64,000 nucleotides of DNA from contig JAZQET010000092.1 in assembly GCA_045539135.1 (NCBI GenBank), forward strand, positions 1,200 through 65,199, read 5' to 3'. Below the pieces are notes generated by a model. It worked only from the letters and a program-made list of their open reading frames with translations. It ran no database searches and was not told where the DNA came from. Of the stretch, positions 55,658-64,000 are shown piece by piece. Position 1 is the stretch's first letter. Each line of letters begins with the position of its first letter. The position numbers and the translations under genes are program-made. The stretch comes from Eubacteriales bacterium (GTDB lineage: Bacteria; Bacillota; Clostridia; Oscillospirales; QAKW01).

Positions 55658-58600
55658 TCATCCGAAGATTTTCTTCTTGCCGAAGAGCATAGCTCCGAAC
55701 AGTCCGCCGCTGACCACCAGCAACGCGATCCACAGGAACAGGTTGCTATGATCCCCCGTATCGGGGTTGGTGGTGGGAGGCAGAGGAGGCTCCACGGGAG
55801 GTTGCGGCTCCACAGGAGGTTGAGGCTCCACAGGAGGTTGAGGCTCAATCGGCTCGGTATAGGTGTTGGTGAAGACGATGGCAGTATCCGCCTTGCCGTT
55901 TACGGTCTTGGCGGCCTTCAGCACACCGTTTTCATTCACCACCGTCACCACGATCTCATACACCGCGGTGTCATAGGTGATGGTGGCATCGGTGCCCGCC
56001 TTCTCCTTGATGAGGAAGCGATATTCTCCTGCCGCATTGAAGACCAGCGGAGTGAATTGAATGGCGCTTCCGCTGTTCAATACGCTCTCCTTCAAGGTTT
56101 GAGCATTGCCCTCTACCCGATAGAGTTCAAAGGTGAACTCCCGATCGGCAAGTGCTCTGCCGTTGAGGATCTTTTCGGCGGAAAGGGTCAGGGTGGCATC
56201 GTCTGCATCATAGATGTTGGTGAAGGCAATGGGGGTATCCGCTTTGCCGTTTACGGTCTTGGTGGCTTTCAGCACACCGTTTTCATCCACGACCGTTACC
56301 GCCACATCATACACAGTGGTATCATAGGTGACCTTGGCATTATCGCCCTTCTTCTCTTTGACCTTATACAGGTATTCCCCTGCCGCATCAAAGGTCAAGG
56401 TTTCGAAGGTAACGGTTTCGCCCTTATTGGTCACAGACTGCTTTAAGGTCTCCGCCTTGGAAGCGGCATCCACCGCATAAAGCTCGAAGGTGAACTCATC
56501 ATCGGTGATGGTCTTATTCTCCAAGGTCTTCTTGCCGGTGAGAGACAAGGTGGCATCGGCGGGATCATACACATTGGTAACCTTCACCGTTCCGCCGCGG
56601 ACGGTATCGGCAATCACTTCATACACCAATACATCGCGGCCGCTGTTATCGGTCACCTTGGTCACCTCGACCGTTACCACATAGGACTTGGTATCATAGG
56701 TGATGCCGTCCTTATGGTTTGCGGTGGCGCTCACGCCCTCGGGCAGTTTTTCTTTGATCACAAAGTGATAAAGTCCCTCTTTGGTAAAGGTCATATAGGC
56801 GGTCATATTCTGAATTCCGCTCAAATCGTCGGTGACCAGTTTTTCTTCAAATTTGAAGGAACCGTCTGCCTTATTGGCGGCCTCCAGCAAGGGATCGCCG
56901 ATGGCGACCACCGTGCCGCTTGCATCTTCCATTGCCTGATAGAGTTCAAAGGTGAACTGACCGTCGGTCAAAGTCTTATTATACTTCTTCTCGCCGCCCA
57001 GCTCCACCGCGATGGGTTCCACATTCAGCTTATTCTCGAAGCGGAGCACACCATCGGTAACCACCGAGGTCTCGCCCTTTTCATTCACCTTGCGCACCAA
57101 GGAGGTGGCTTTCAATCCGCCCTGCAGATTGTCGGTCACGTCGATCTCGATGTGATAGGTGGAACGGTCATAATCCATCAAGGGATCTGCATTGGCGGGA
57201 ACAACCTCTTTCACCACAAAGTGGTAACCGCCGATCTCGGTGAAGTTCAACTGCGGAATGGAATGATGATCGAAGAGGAAATCGCCGGTGCCGTTATCGG
57301 TCACGGTGGTAAGCAGAGCACCCTGCACCACGCTTTGGGTGGCGTGATCGTGATGGGCTTCATACAACTCAAATCGAAATCCGTTTGCACCGTTATACTT
57401 GGCAAGAGCATCGCCCAGCAGGGTCTTCTTGCCGGTAAGATCCAGATAGGTGGGAGCAACACGGTAGGCATTATCAAACTGCACCGCACCGTCCAAATAC
57501 TGAACCTGCGCGTGCAAGGTACCGTCGCCCTGATCGGTCACATCCACCTGAACCCGATACTCACGCAGATCGTAATTCACGCCGAAGGCGGAAGGATTGG
57601 CGGCATCCACACCCTGCGGCAGGTGCTCGCGCACCACATAGGAATAGGTTCCCTTTTGGGTGAAGGTGAGGGGTGCAAAGGCGAAGGAAGCATCATAATC
57701 CGAAGTGGGAACCTGATTGCCTACGCTTTGGATCACATTGCCGTTCTCCAGCAGCTCGAAGTAGAAGGCATTTGCCTGCAGCTTCCGAATGCCGCCGTGG
57801 AGGGTCTTATGCCCTTCGATCACCACATCGGTCACGGGATCCACCGTATAGCGGTTATGGAACAGAGCATCGGTGGTGTTGCCGTTCAAGGAATAGGCAA
57901 CGGTAGCGGAAAGTTCGCCGGTGGAATTATCCCCAACAACCGTTACGGTCACATCATAGACCGTTGCATCATAGGTGGTACCCTGATAGCGATGGTTTGC
58001 ATCGGCGCCTTGGGGGATCTTCTCGCGGATGGTATAGGTATACACATCGGGCTTGCTGAAATAGATGGGTTGGAAGGTTACCTTGCCGTTGCCGTCGTTG
58101 GAGCTCTCGCAGATCACTTGGGTGCCCTCCAGCACTTCGAAGTCGAAGAGGTCGGGAGTCAGATTCTTGCCGATCAGCTGCTTGGCGGCTTCCAAGGTAA
58201 CGGGGATAGAGGTGGGAACAAACTTATTCTCAAAGGAAAGGGTATCATGGACCGCCGCCTGCACAATGGCAGTACCGCTGCCGTTCACGGTCTTAAGCAA
58301 GGTTGCGGTGCCGTTCTCCAAGCGGTAGATCTTCACCTCCACGGTGAAGGCACTGCTTTGATGCCCCACGGTCACTTCCACACCGTATTCCTGCGCACTG
58401 TAGGTAATACGGGGATCGGCATTTTGAGGAACCGTTTCCTTCAGCACATAATACTTGGTGCCGATATCGTTGGCGGCATCATTGAAGAGCAGTTCGATCT
58501 CGGTCTTGCCGTCCAAGCCGGTCGCGATGGACTCTTGCAACAACGCACCTGCGGTAAACTGATTGTTCTCTGCGCGGTAAAGTCCGAACTGAAAACCGGA

Positions 58601-61600
58601 GGCGGGGATGGTCACCCCATTGGGGGCATCGATGGTCTTGCCGATATTCAGCACCACTTCTGCCGCACCGTTGACCTCATAGCGGTTCTCAAAGGAAGCC
58701 TTTATATTCCAAGAGGTGGTTGTGCCCACGGTATTGGCAACTACAGCGGTATCGGTCCCTGCCAGCACATCGCTGACATAGAGCTGACCCAAGCCGTCGT
58801 CGCTGACCACAACGGTGAAGTATGCGGGCGTTGCATCGTAAATGATACCGCCTTCCACATAAGCATTGTTGATCTTCTCGATCAAGCGGTAGGAATAGGT
58901 GCCTGCCGCATCATAGGTCTCCATGGCCATTGCGGGAAGCAAGGAGGCGGTCTTAACGCCGATCTCATTATTATAGGTGACCGAAGCGGTTCCGCCGGTT
59001 ACATTCCGATAGATTCCGGTGGTTGCATCATAGCGCTGGAGTTGGAACTCAAACTGCAAAGCGGTATTCCAAGCCGCAGAGGCCGCAAGGTTCTTTTCCA
59101 CATCAATGGTCACATTGGTGGGCGGAATGGTGGAATGGGCTTGATAGGTGTTGGTAAAGCGGATATACTTCGTAACTCCCGCTTCGGCGGTTGCATTCCC
59201 GCTCAAAGCATTGGCGGTAAAGCCAACACTGCTGTAATCGGTTTCCGTTGCGGTAACGGTCACGCCCTGCAGCAGGTCGGGGATATGCAAGGTCTGATTA
59301 TGAGCCAGTGTAACGATGTTATTCTGCCCTGCGATCAGGGGAATGCTCTGCCCATCGGAACGGGTGGCGGTAAAGGTATCCCCTGCGGTCACCTGCCCGC
59401 TCAACGCTACATTGAATTCAAATTCCTTGGTCAGATGGGTCTCCAAGGGGCTGACCACGGTCTTACTGATGATCACCTCGCCGCGGAACACCTTGGTATT
59501 CACAAAGGCGGCTTCATTGATGGTACCGGAGGCAACGGTGAAGGTAGCCTCGGTGGCATTGGGATCGCCGTTTACGCTGACCGGCTCATATTCACCGTTG
59601 ATGATCTCCCGCACGGTGAGGGTCTGACCGATCAGGGCGTTGCCCAGCACATAGGCGGCCTCGCCGCTCTTCACGGTAACGGTTGCCCTGCCGTTTGCAA
59701 ACTGCAAGGAACTCAAGGTGCGCTCGCCGTTGGCATCCTCTTTGATCAAGGTCACATTCTCGCCGAAGGAAGCATCTGCCGCGCTGATCTCAAAGGTATA
59801 AACAAGCTCGCGGTCCTCGATGGTGGAATCGGCGGTCTTCCGAATTTCAATGCCTTCATAGGGATCCACCAGCAGCTTTCCGTTGTTGCCAAGGTAAGCA
59901 TCTACATGGTAATCGTCTTTGGAGGGATGAGCGCCCACTTCCGGCTCATGGACAAAGGGCATATCGGACATGGGGAGAGTATTGGTGGTATTCTCGGTCT
60001 TGGTGCGGATATAATCGCCGTAGTGGTGATAAATGGTGCCGCGGAGAACCACCCAGCTCCCGTCGGAAAGCCGTGCCATATCGGTGGCTTCATGGTCCAG
60101 CACATATTTGGAGACCGGCTCATACTCATAATGGGCCTGTACATTGTTCCCAAAGCCGGTGTATACGATAAAGCGGTGATAATAGAGATTGTTCTCATCA
60201 TAGACCGGCTTGGCGGCGCCTTTATAGAGGGTACCGTTGGTATCGGAATAGATGGGGGTATCTACATTATAATAATACCGCTCATTCTCGATGGAGGGTT
60301 CAAAATAGGAAATGGTGTTCTTATTGGTGCTGTAAGCATAGGTTTCGGGGTTGGCGGTATGCCATTGATTGGTATAGAACACATATTTGCCGTTTTCCGT
60401 TTCAAGGGCATCGGGGGCGGTGTTGGCAAGATCCAAAAGGTCGATCTTACTGCTGAGCCCCACCTCATAGATCAAGCGGCTGGGAGCGGTAGCGCCCTTC
60501 ACGGTCATGGATGCGGGATCCATGGGATCCGTTCCGTTGAGTTGAACGTCATACTGCACCAGCGGGATCAAGGCGGCAGGCAATCTGCCGATCACGCGGA
60601 CATCGCCCACTTCGCTGGCGTCGATCTTTCCGTTTACCCCGCTCTTTAAGGTGGTACGCACCTGAATGGTGGCATACATCATATCGGTTTTACGATGGTT
60701 TTCGTCATCGCCGATGGCATCGTAATAACCGTAGGACTTTATGGCATAAACAGCGGCATCTGCCAATGCGGCGGGGACTGCGGTGGGGGATGCATCCTTT
60801 CCGTCCCAGAAGCCTACATATTTGCCGTTGACATCGCCATACCAGCCGATATAGTTGCTGTAGGCACCCGTTTCGGGATTATAATAAAGCTGACCGTTGG
60901 TATAAGCCGCATCGATCAGGTCGCGGGCGGTTTGCACATCCGCGATCCCCAATCTCTTTTGCACCGACCAAACCAAGTTATTACCTGCTTCGGTGGGGTT
61001 TTGCTGGGTGCCCATTCCGCCTTCATAGATCATCTTGGCCAAGGTGGCACCGGTATAGAGGTTTTCGCCCAGCTGGATCCCTTTAATGGCCTTGACTTCC
61101 ATATTCTTGCCGATATAATCCTCGAACTCTAAGAAGCCTGCTTCATTGATGCTGTCGCCGGTCTCCACCAAGGTGGGATAATAGAGAGACTGGATCACGA
61201 TCTGCTCCACAATGCTCTCAAAGGCATTGATCAGACCGTCTGCATTGCTGGCGGCGAAATAATCGGTCACATAGTTTTCCGACCAGCCCGCTGTCAAAAC
61301 AGCAGGGGTATAGGCGATGGTACGTGTTACGGCAGGGACCCAGCGGTTCCCGCCGGGGCCGCCTCCCGTCCAATAACCGGCGCGGATCTCCACGCTTTGG
61401 TTCTTATTGCTTGCGTTTTCCAATCCGATATAATCGGTCCACATCGCATCGGTGGCGGTATTTCCTGCAGGGTTCAGCACGCTCAAAGCGGCATCACTGC
61501 CGTCGACCTTCAGACCCAAGGTATAGAATAAGGGATCGGTTGCGTATTTTTCAGCCATCTTATCCCGCACCCAAGAGGCGGTCAGCTGCGTCAAGAAGGC

Positions 61601-62563
61601 AATGCCGGGAGTGGCATAATTACTGCTGCCGTCGCCGCTGTTGGCAGTACCCACAGCGGAAAAATCGGTGGTGGCGGTGGTGGGAGCACCGTCGCTGAGC
61701 AGGACCATAACAGGGGTACGCTTTACGCCCGCCTGCAGACCTTCGGTGATGGCGGTCTCGGCAACATCTTCAAATTGCTGCCAAGCCTGATACAGACCGT
61801 TTTGAATATAGGTACCGCCTTCGGCCTGCTTATTATTATTGGTACTGAAACTGCTGCCGACATTATCGGCAACGGTGCCGCTTACACCGGGGGCAACCTT
61901 TACGCCGGTACGGTTCCGATCATATTCGGTCCAGCTCGAAACCAAATAAGCAGGCTCTCTTTGGGAATTCTGACCGGGGGTATACCGCCCCAAGGGCAGG
62001 ATCACCTCGGCGGTGCCGGTGGTGGCGTAGCTATCGGTGCTGTTGCTTCCGCTGTAGGCGATCACGCCCACACGGTTATAAGCGGAAAGCTCCTGCAACC
62101 GTTTGATGGCATCGTTGGCGGCAGTCACGGTGGCGGCCACTGCCTGATTGCTCACCATACTGGCAGAAAGATCCAACACCAACATCGTGTCGGTAGGAAG
62201 GACTGAATAGCCTTCCACGCTCTTACTGGCGGCAATGGCGGAAAGAGCAACCAAAAAGTTGGAGGGCTCCAGCTTTGCCAAGCCCTGCACAGCGGCGGCA
62301 TTTTCCGTCTCATCGGTGGCATTGACCAAACTTTCGGTGGTGGTAAAGACCGATTTATCGGTCCACACGCTGCCTGCATAGGTGGTATTGGCGGCGGTGG
62401 GGCCGAAAAAGACTCTCCAGTTATTCACCGTGGAGGGGTCGGCAGACGCGGTATAATTCAGGGGAACCGTATCTGCGCCTGCGGCGAAGGGAATGCTCAT
62501 CGCCACGATGCAAAGTGCCAGAAATCCGGCAAGTACTCTTTTGAAGGTGGTGTTTCTTTTCAT
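55658..62563 (-). CDS. Giant cell-wall-anchored adhesin: signal peptide, VWA domain, large central region, at least 8 isopeptide-type (Spy0128/pilin-like) modules, Pro-rich stalk, NPDTGD sorting signal
   Basis: 2301 aa. MIDAS VLDLSASM..LLSDGAPT. Repeated modules F-x-F-x-L...Y-x-Y-x-(I/V)-x-E...Y-D-x-x-x-Y-x-V-x-V...F-x-N-x-Y. C-terminus PVEPQP x3, NPDTGDHSNLFLWIALLVVSGGLFGAMLFGKKKIFG. Confidence 0.9.
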   Translation of the reverse strand: MKRNTTFKRVLAGFLALCIVAMSIPFAAGADTVPLNYTASADPSTVNNWRVFFGPTAANTTYAGSVWTDKSVFTTTESLVNATDETENAAAVQGLAKLEPSNFLVALSAIAASKSVEGYSVLPTDTMLVLDLSASMVSNQAVAATVTAANDAIKRLQELSAYNRVGVIAYSGSNSTDSYATTGTAEVILPLGRYTPGQNSQREPAYLVSSWTEYDRNRTGVKVAPGVSGTVADNVGSSFSTNNNKQAEGGTYIQNGLYQAWQQFEDVAETAITEGLQAGVKRTPVMVLLSDGAPTTATTDFSAVGTANSGDGSSNYATPGIAFLTQLTASWVRDKMAEKYATDPLFYTLGLKVDGSDAALSVLNPAGNTATDAMWTDYIGLENASNKNQSVEIRAGYWTGGGPGGNRWVPAVTRTIAYTPAVLTAGWSENYVTDYFAASNADGLINAFESIVEQIVIQSLYYPTLVETGDSINEAGFLEFEDYIGKNMEVKAIKGIQLGENLYTGATLAKMIYEGGMGTQQNPTEAGNNLVWSVQKRLGIADVQTARDLIDAAYTNGQLYYNPETGAYSNYIGWYGDVNGKYVGFWDGKDASPTAVPAALADAAVYAIKSYGYYDAIGDDENHRKTDMMYATIQVRTTLKSGVNGKIDASEVGDVRVIGRLPAALIPLVQYDVQLNGTDPMDPASMTVKGATAPSRLIYEVGLSSKIDLLDLANTAPDALETENGKYVFYTNQWHTANPETYAYSTNKNTISYFEPSIENERYYYNVDTPIYSDTNGTLYKGAAKPVYDENNLYYHRFIVYTGFGNNVQAHYEYEPVSKYVLDHEATDMARLSDGSWVVLRGTIYHHYGDYIRTKTENTTNTLPMSDMPFVHEPEVGAHPSKDDYHVDAYLGNNGKLLVDPYEGIEIRKTADSTIEDRELVYTFEISAADASFGENVTLIKEDANGERTLSSLQFANGRATVTVKSGEAAYVLGNALIGQTLTVREIINGEYEPVSVNGDPNATEATFTVASGTINEAAFVNTKVFRGEVIISKTVVSPLETHLTKEFEFNVALSGQVTAGDTFTATRSDGQSIPLIAGQNNIVTLAHNQTLHIPDLLQGVTVTATETDYSSVGFTANALSGNATAEAGVTKYIRFTNTYQAHSTIPPTNVTIDVEKNLAASAAWNTALQFEFQLQRYDATTGIYRNVTGGTASVTYNNEIGVKTASLLPAMAMETYDAAGTYSYRLIEKINNAYVEGGIIYDATPAYFTVVVSDDGLGQLYVSDVLAGTDTAVVANTVGTTTSWNIKASFENRYEVNGAAEVVLNIGKTIDAPNGVTIPASGFQFGLYRAENNQFTAGALLQESIATGLDGKTEIELLFNDAANDIGTKYYVLKETVPQNADPRITYSAQEYGVEVTVGHQSSAFTVEVKIYRLENGTATLLKTVNGSGTAIVQAAVHDTLSFENKFVPTSIPVTLEAAKQLIGKNLTPDLFDFEVLEGTQVICESSNDGNGKVTFQPIYFSKPDVYTYTIREKIPQGADANHRYQGTTYDATVYDVTVTVVGDNSTGELSATVAYSLNGNTTDALFHNRYTVDPVTDVVIEGHKTLHGGIRKLQANAFYFELLENGNVIQSVGNQVPTSDYDASFAFAPLTFTQKGTYSYVVREHLPQGVDAANPSAFGVNYDLREYRVQVDVTDQGDGTLHAQVQYLDGAVQFDNAYRVAPTYLDLTGKKTLLGDALAKYNGANGFRFELYEAHHDHATQSVVQGALLTTVTDNGTGDFLFDHHSIPQLNFTEIGGYHFVVKEVVPANADPLMDYDRSTYHIEIDVTDNLQGGLKATSLVRKVNEKGETSVVTDGVLRFENKLNVEPIAVELGGEKKYNKTLTDGQFTFELYQAMEDASGTVVAIGDPLLEAANKADGSFKFEEKLVTDDLSGIQNMTAYMTFTKEGLYHFVIKEKLPEGVSATANHKDGITYDTKSYVVTVEVTKVTDNSGRDVLVYEVIADTVRGGTVKVTNVYDPADATLSLTGKKTLENKTITDDEFTFELYAVDAASKAETLKQSVTNKGETVTFETLTFDAAGEYLYKVKEKKGDNAKVTYDTTVYDVAVTVVDENGVLKATKTVNGKADTPIAFTNIYDADDATLTLSAEKILNGRALADREFTFELYRVEGNAQTLKESVLNSGSAIQFTPLVFNAAGEYRFLIKEKAGTDATITYDTAVYEIVVTVVNENGVLKAAKTVNGKADTAIVFTNTYTEPIEPQPPVEPQPPVEPQPPVEPPLPPTTNPDTGDHSNLFLWIALLVVSGGLFGAMLFGKKKIFG
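55785..55850 (-). repeat. 18-bp tandem repeat encoding the (PVEPQP)n stalk
   Basis: ggaggttgcggctccaca / ggaggttgaggctccaca / ggaggttgaggctcaatc, in frame within the adhesin gene. Confidence 0.85.
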
Positions 62564-62609
62564 TTTGCGCTCCTTTCTTGATTCTTAAAGGGTTCTACTT
62601 CTTCCAATT

Positions 62610-63320
62610 CTATTCTGTGTCTTTTTGGTGCCGTTGAAACAGTTCCGCAAAGGCCTGCTCATTGGCTTTTTCCACATAGTCCTTAAATTCTTTTAAGACC
62701 CTGCGCCCGATGGAGCGGTAGTCCATCGCCAGCACTTTCTCGACTTTCTTTTTTCGGAGCTCTTCGGGCACATTATAGATCATCATAATGCTGTGCAGAG
62801 CGCCTGCGATCCGCACATCCAGCGGGGATGAATCGTCGGTGGTCATCATGGTGGCATATTCAATACCGGAGACCAGCACCTCTGCTTCGGCAAAATTCAT
62901 CTCTTTCCAAGTGGGGCAGTATTCGGCAAACACTTTTTTCGCCCGTTCAATATCATTCTTTCGAATGATCCCCAAGGTCAAGGGATGGGAGTAGATAGAA
63001 ATGTAAAAATCCTTGGCGATCTCATCCTCCTCGCACATCGCCGCCATGGCGGTCAGCTCCAAGCAGACAGCCATCAGGGAGCTATACCCTTCATCGGCCT
63101 CCTTCTCCATCATCTTCCATTGAAAATCACAGAGCATTTCCACCAGCACTGCCAGCATATGCTCCTTGGTGGGATAATAGAAAGTTAAGTTTCCCGTGCT
63201 GATTCCCAGCTCATCGCAGATGGCCTTGGCAGAGGTGTGGGAAAAGCCCTTTTCCAAAAACATCCGCATAGCTACCTGCACGATCTCCATTTGAGTTGTA
63301 TTGACTCTTTTACGCGCCAT
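62610..63320 (-). CDS. TetR/AcrR-family transcriptional regulator
   Basis: 236 aa. N-terminal HTH FSHTSAKAICDELGISTGNLTFYYPTKEHM. It lies 46 nt upstream of the adhesin gene with no terminator between them. Confidence 0.88.
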   Translation of the reverse strand: MARKRVNTTQMEIVQVAMRMFLEKGFSHTSAKAICDELGISTGNLTFYYPTKEHMLAVLVEMLCDFQWKMMEKEADEGYSSLMAVCLELTAMAAMCEEDEIAKDFYISIYSHPLTLGIIRKNDIERAKKVFAEYCPTWKEMNFAEAEVLVSGIEYATMMTTDDSSPLDVRIAGALHSIMMIYNVPEELRKKKVEKVLAMDYRSIGRRVLKEFKDYVEKANEQAFAELFQRHQKDTE

Positions 63321-63393
63321 TGTACTCCTCCGAATTGTTTATTTTTTGCAAGCATCCTATTTTTAGCACGCTTCCTATTTAGTATCTATGCTA

Positions 63394-63422
63394 ATTTTAG
63401 CACGCGTGCTAAAAAATTGCAA
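63394..63422 (-). promoter_or_regulatory. TetR promoter with an embedded perfect 20-bp palindromic operator
   Basis: Minus strand TTGCAA (63422-63417), 17-nt spacer, TAAAAT (63399-63394). The palindrome TTTTAGCACGCGTGCTAAAA (63395-63414) fills the spacer. An extra half-site ttttagcacgc lies at 63361-63371. Confidence 0.7.
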
Positions 63423-63483
63423 CCCCCTTTTTGAAAATTTTTTATTTTTTTCAAAAAATTGGTGTTTTTGTTAAATGAAGATG

Positions 63484-63515
63484 AAAAAGACTTCGACCAA
63501 AATCGAAGTCTTTTT
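63484..63515. terminator. Bidirectional-looking terminator downstream of spo0A
   Basis: aaaaagacttcga-ccaaaa-tcgaagtcttttt. Confidence 0.7.
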
Positions 63516-63671
63516 ATAAGGAGTATGAAGATTATTTTTTAGTCTGCGCCGTTTATTATATGACCGATCAAAACGGATGCAGATCGCTGTTTCTTCAGCT
63601 GAAGCCGTATCCCGATACGGCGAAGATGAAAAACAGCGAAGAATTTATTCGTTCTGCGCCGTTTTCATCGG

Positions 63672-64000
63672 TCAGACCGCGATGCGGCGGTCTAATCTTA
63701 TTCGTTCAGTTAACATTGAAATAAATTCTCCGTTGGTAGGCTTTCCCTTAGAACTTTTCACGGTGAACCCGAAGATGGCATTGAGCACATCGATATCCCC
63801 ACGACTCCAAGCCACCTCAATGGCGTGGCGGATGGCGCGCTCCACCCGCGAGGCAGTGGTATGGTTATTTTTGGCGATGGTGGGATAAAGCTCTTTGGTG
63901 ATGGCTTTGAGCATACTGCGGTTTTCCAAGGAAAGGAGAATGGAATCCCGAATATAATCATAGCCGCGGATATGGGCGGGGACGCCCACTTCGTGCATCA
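63672..64000 (-). CDS. spo0A: Sporulation master regulator Spo0A, C-terminal DNA-binding domain (gene continues past the right edge)
   Basis: HEVGVPAHIRGYDYIRDSI..ITKELYPTIAKNNHTTASRVERAIRHAIEVAWSRGDIDVLNAIFGFTV..KGKPTNGEFISML, the Spo0A_C signature. The M at 63998 is internal. Confidence 0.93.
   Translation of the reverse strand, partial: MHEVGVPAHIRGYDYIRDSILLSLENRSMLKAITKELYPTIAKNNHTTASRVERAIRHAIEVAWSRGDIDVLNAIFGFTVKSSKGKPTNGEFISMLTERIRLDRRIAV

Noticed and set aside
55785-55850. Short direct repeats that could be mistaken for a mini CRISPR array
   Set aside because: The 18-bp units are contiguous with no spacers. They lie in frame inside the adhesin gene and encode PVEPQP. No cas genes are present in the window.
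56714-60649. 1311-aa ORF on the plus strand
   Set aside because: It lies entirely antisense to the 2301-aa adhesin gene. Its translation is low-complexity (G/I/H/L-rich) with no recognisable domain or SD. It is a shadow ORF of a long stop-poor coding region.

Overview
This 64-kb chromosomal window comes from a moderately GC-rich, spore-forming Firmicute of the Clostridia type. The evidence for that is a spo0A fragment at the right edge plus yybS-gdpP-rplI-dnaB and tilS-hpt-ftsH synteny. I saw no rRNA, tRNA, CRISPR array, transposase or integrase. Layout from left to right: (1) A truncated SulP transporter, a small gene behind a structured leader, and a CapA-like lipoprotein. (2) A ~26-kb Wzx/Wzy-type capsule/EPS locus at 3.1-29.1 kb. 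It encodes three amino-sugar routes: PglC/D/E plus a distant PglF-like dehydratase, CapE/F/G for L-FucNAc, and a UDP-ManNAc dehydrogenase. It also has five or six glycosyltransferases, two acyltransferase-3 proteins, an HpcH-aldolase/2-hydroxyacid-dehydrogenase pair, and a visibly AT-rich central cassette. A 3' regulatory operon carries a fused Wzz-tyrosine kinase, a CpsB phosphatase, a sortase-substrate protein and an LCP ligase. (3) Convergent on that locus is a compact cassette that I consider the most interesting feature. It comprises an NTP_transf_5-type nucleotidyltransferase, an unannotated 40-codon acidic peptide gene with its own strong SD and terminator, an acidic lipoprotein, an HPr-kinase-like P-loop protein, a PqqD (RRE) protein and a soluble Ser/His (Sec11/SipW-type) peptidase. 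A WYL regulator is transcribed divergently from it. No known RiPP class-defining enzyme is present. (4) Housekeeping genes: ftsH, hpt, tilS, dnaB, rplI, gdpP, yybS, rpiB, tsaB, tsaE, rodA and trmB. (5) An amidase-like gene, an amino-acid ABC transporter, a YhaO/YhaN-like nuclease/ATPase pair, and Asp23/DAK2. (6) A 2301-aa VWA adhesin with at least eight isopeptide-type modules, directly downstream of a TetR gene whose promoter contains a perfect 20-bp palindrome. Many long ORFs in the track are antisense shadows of real genes and were rejected.
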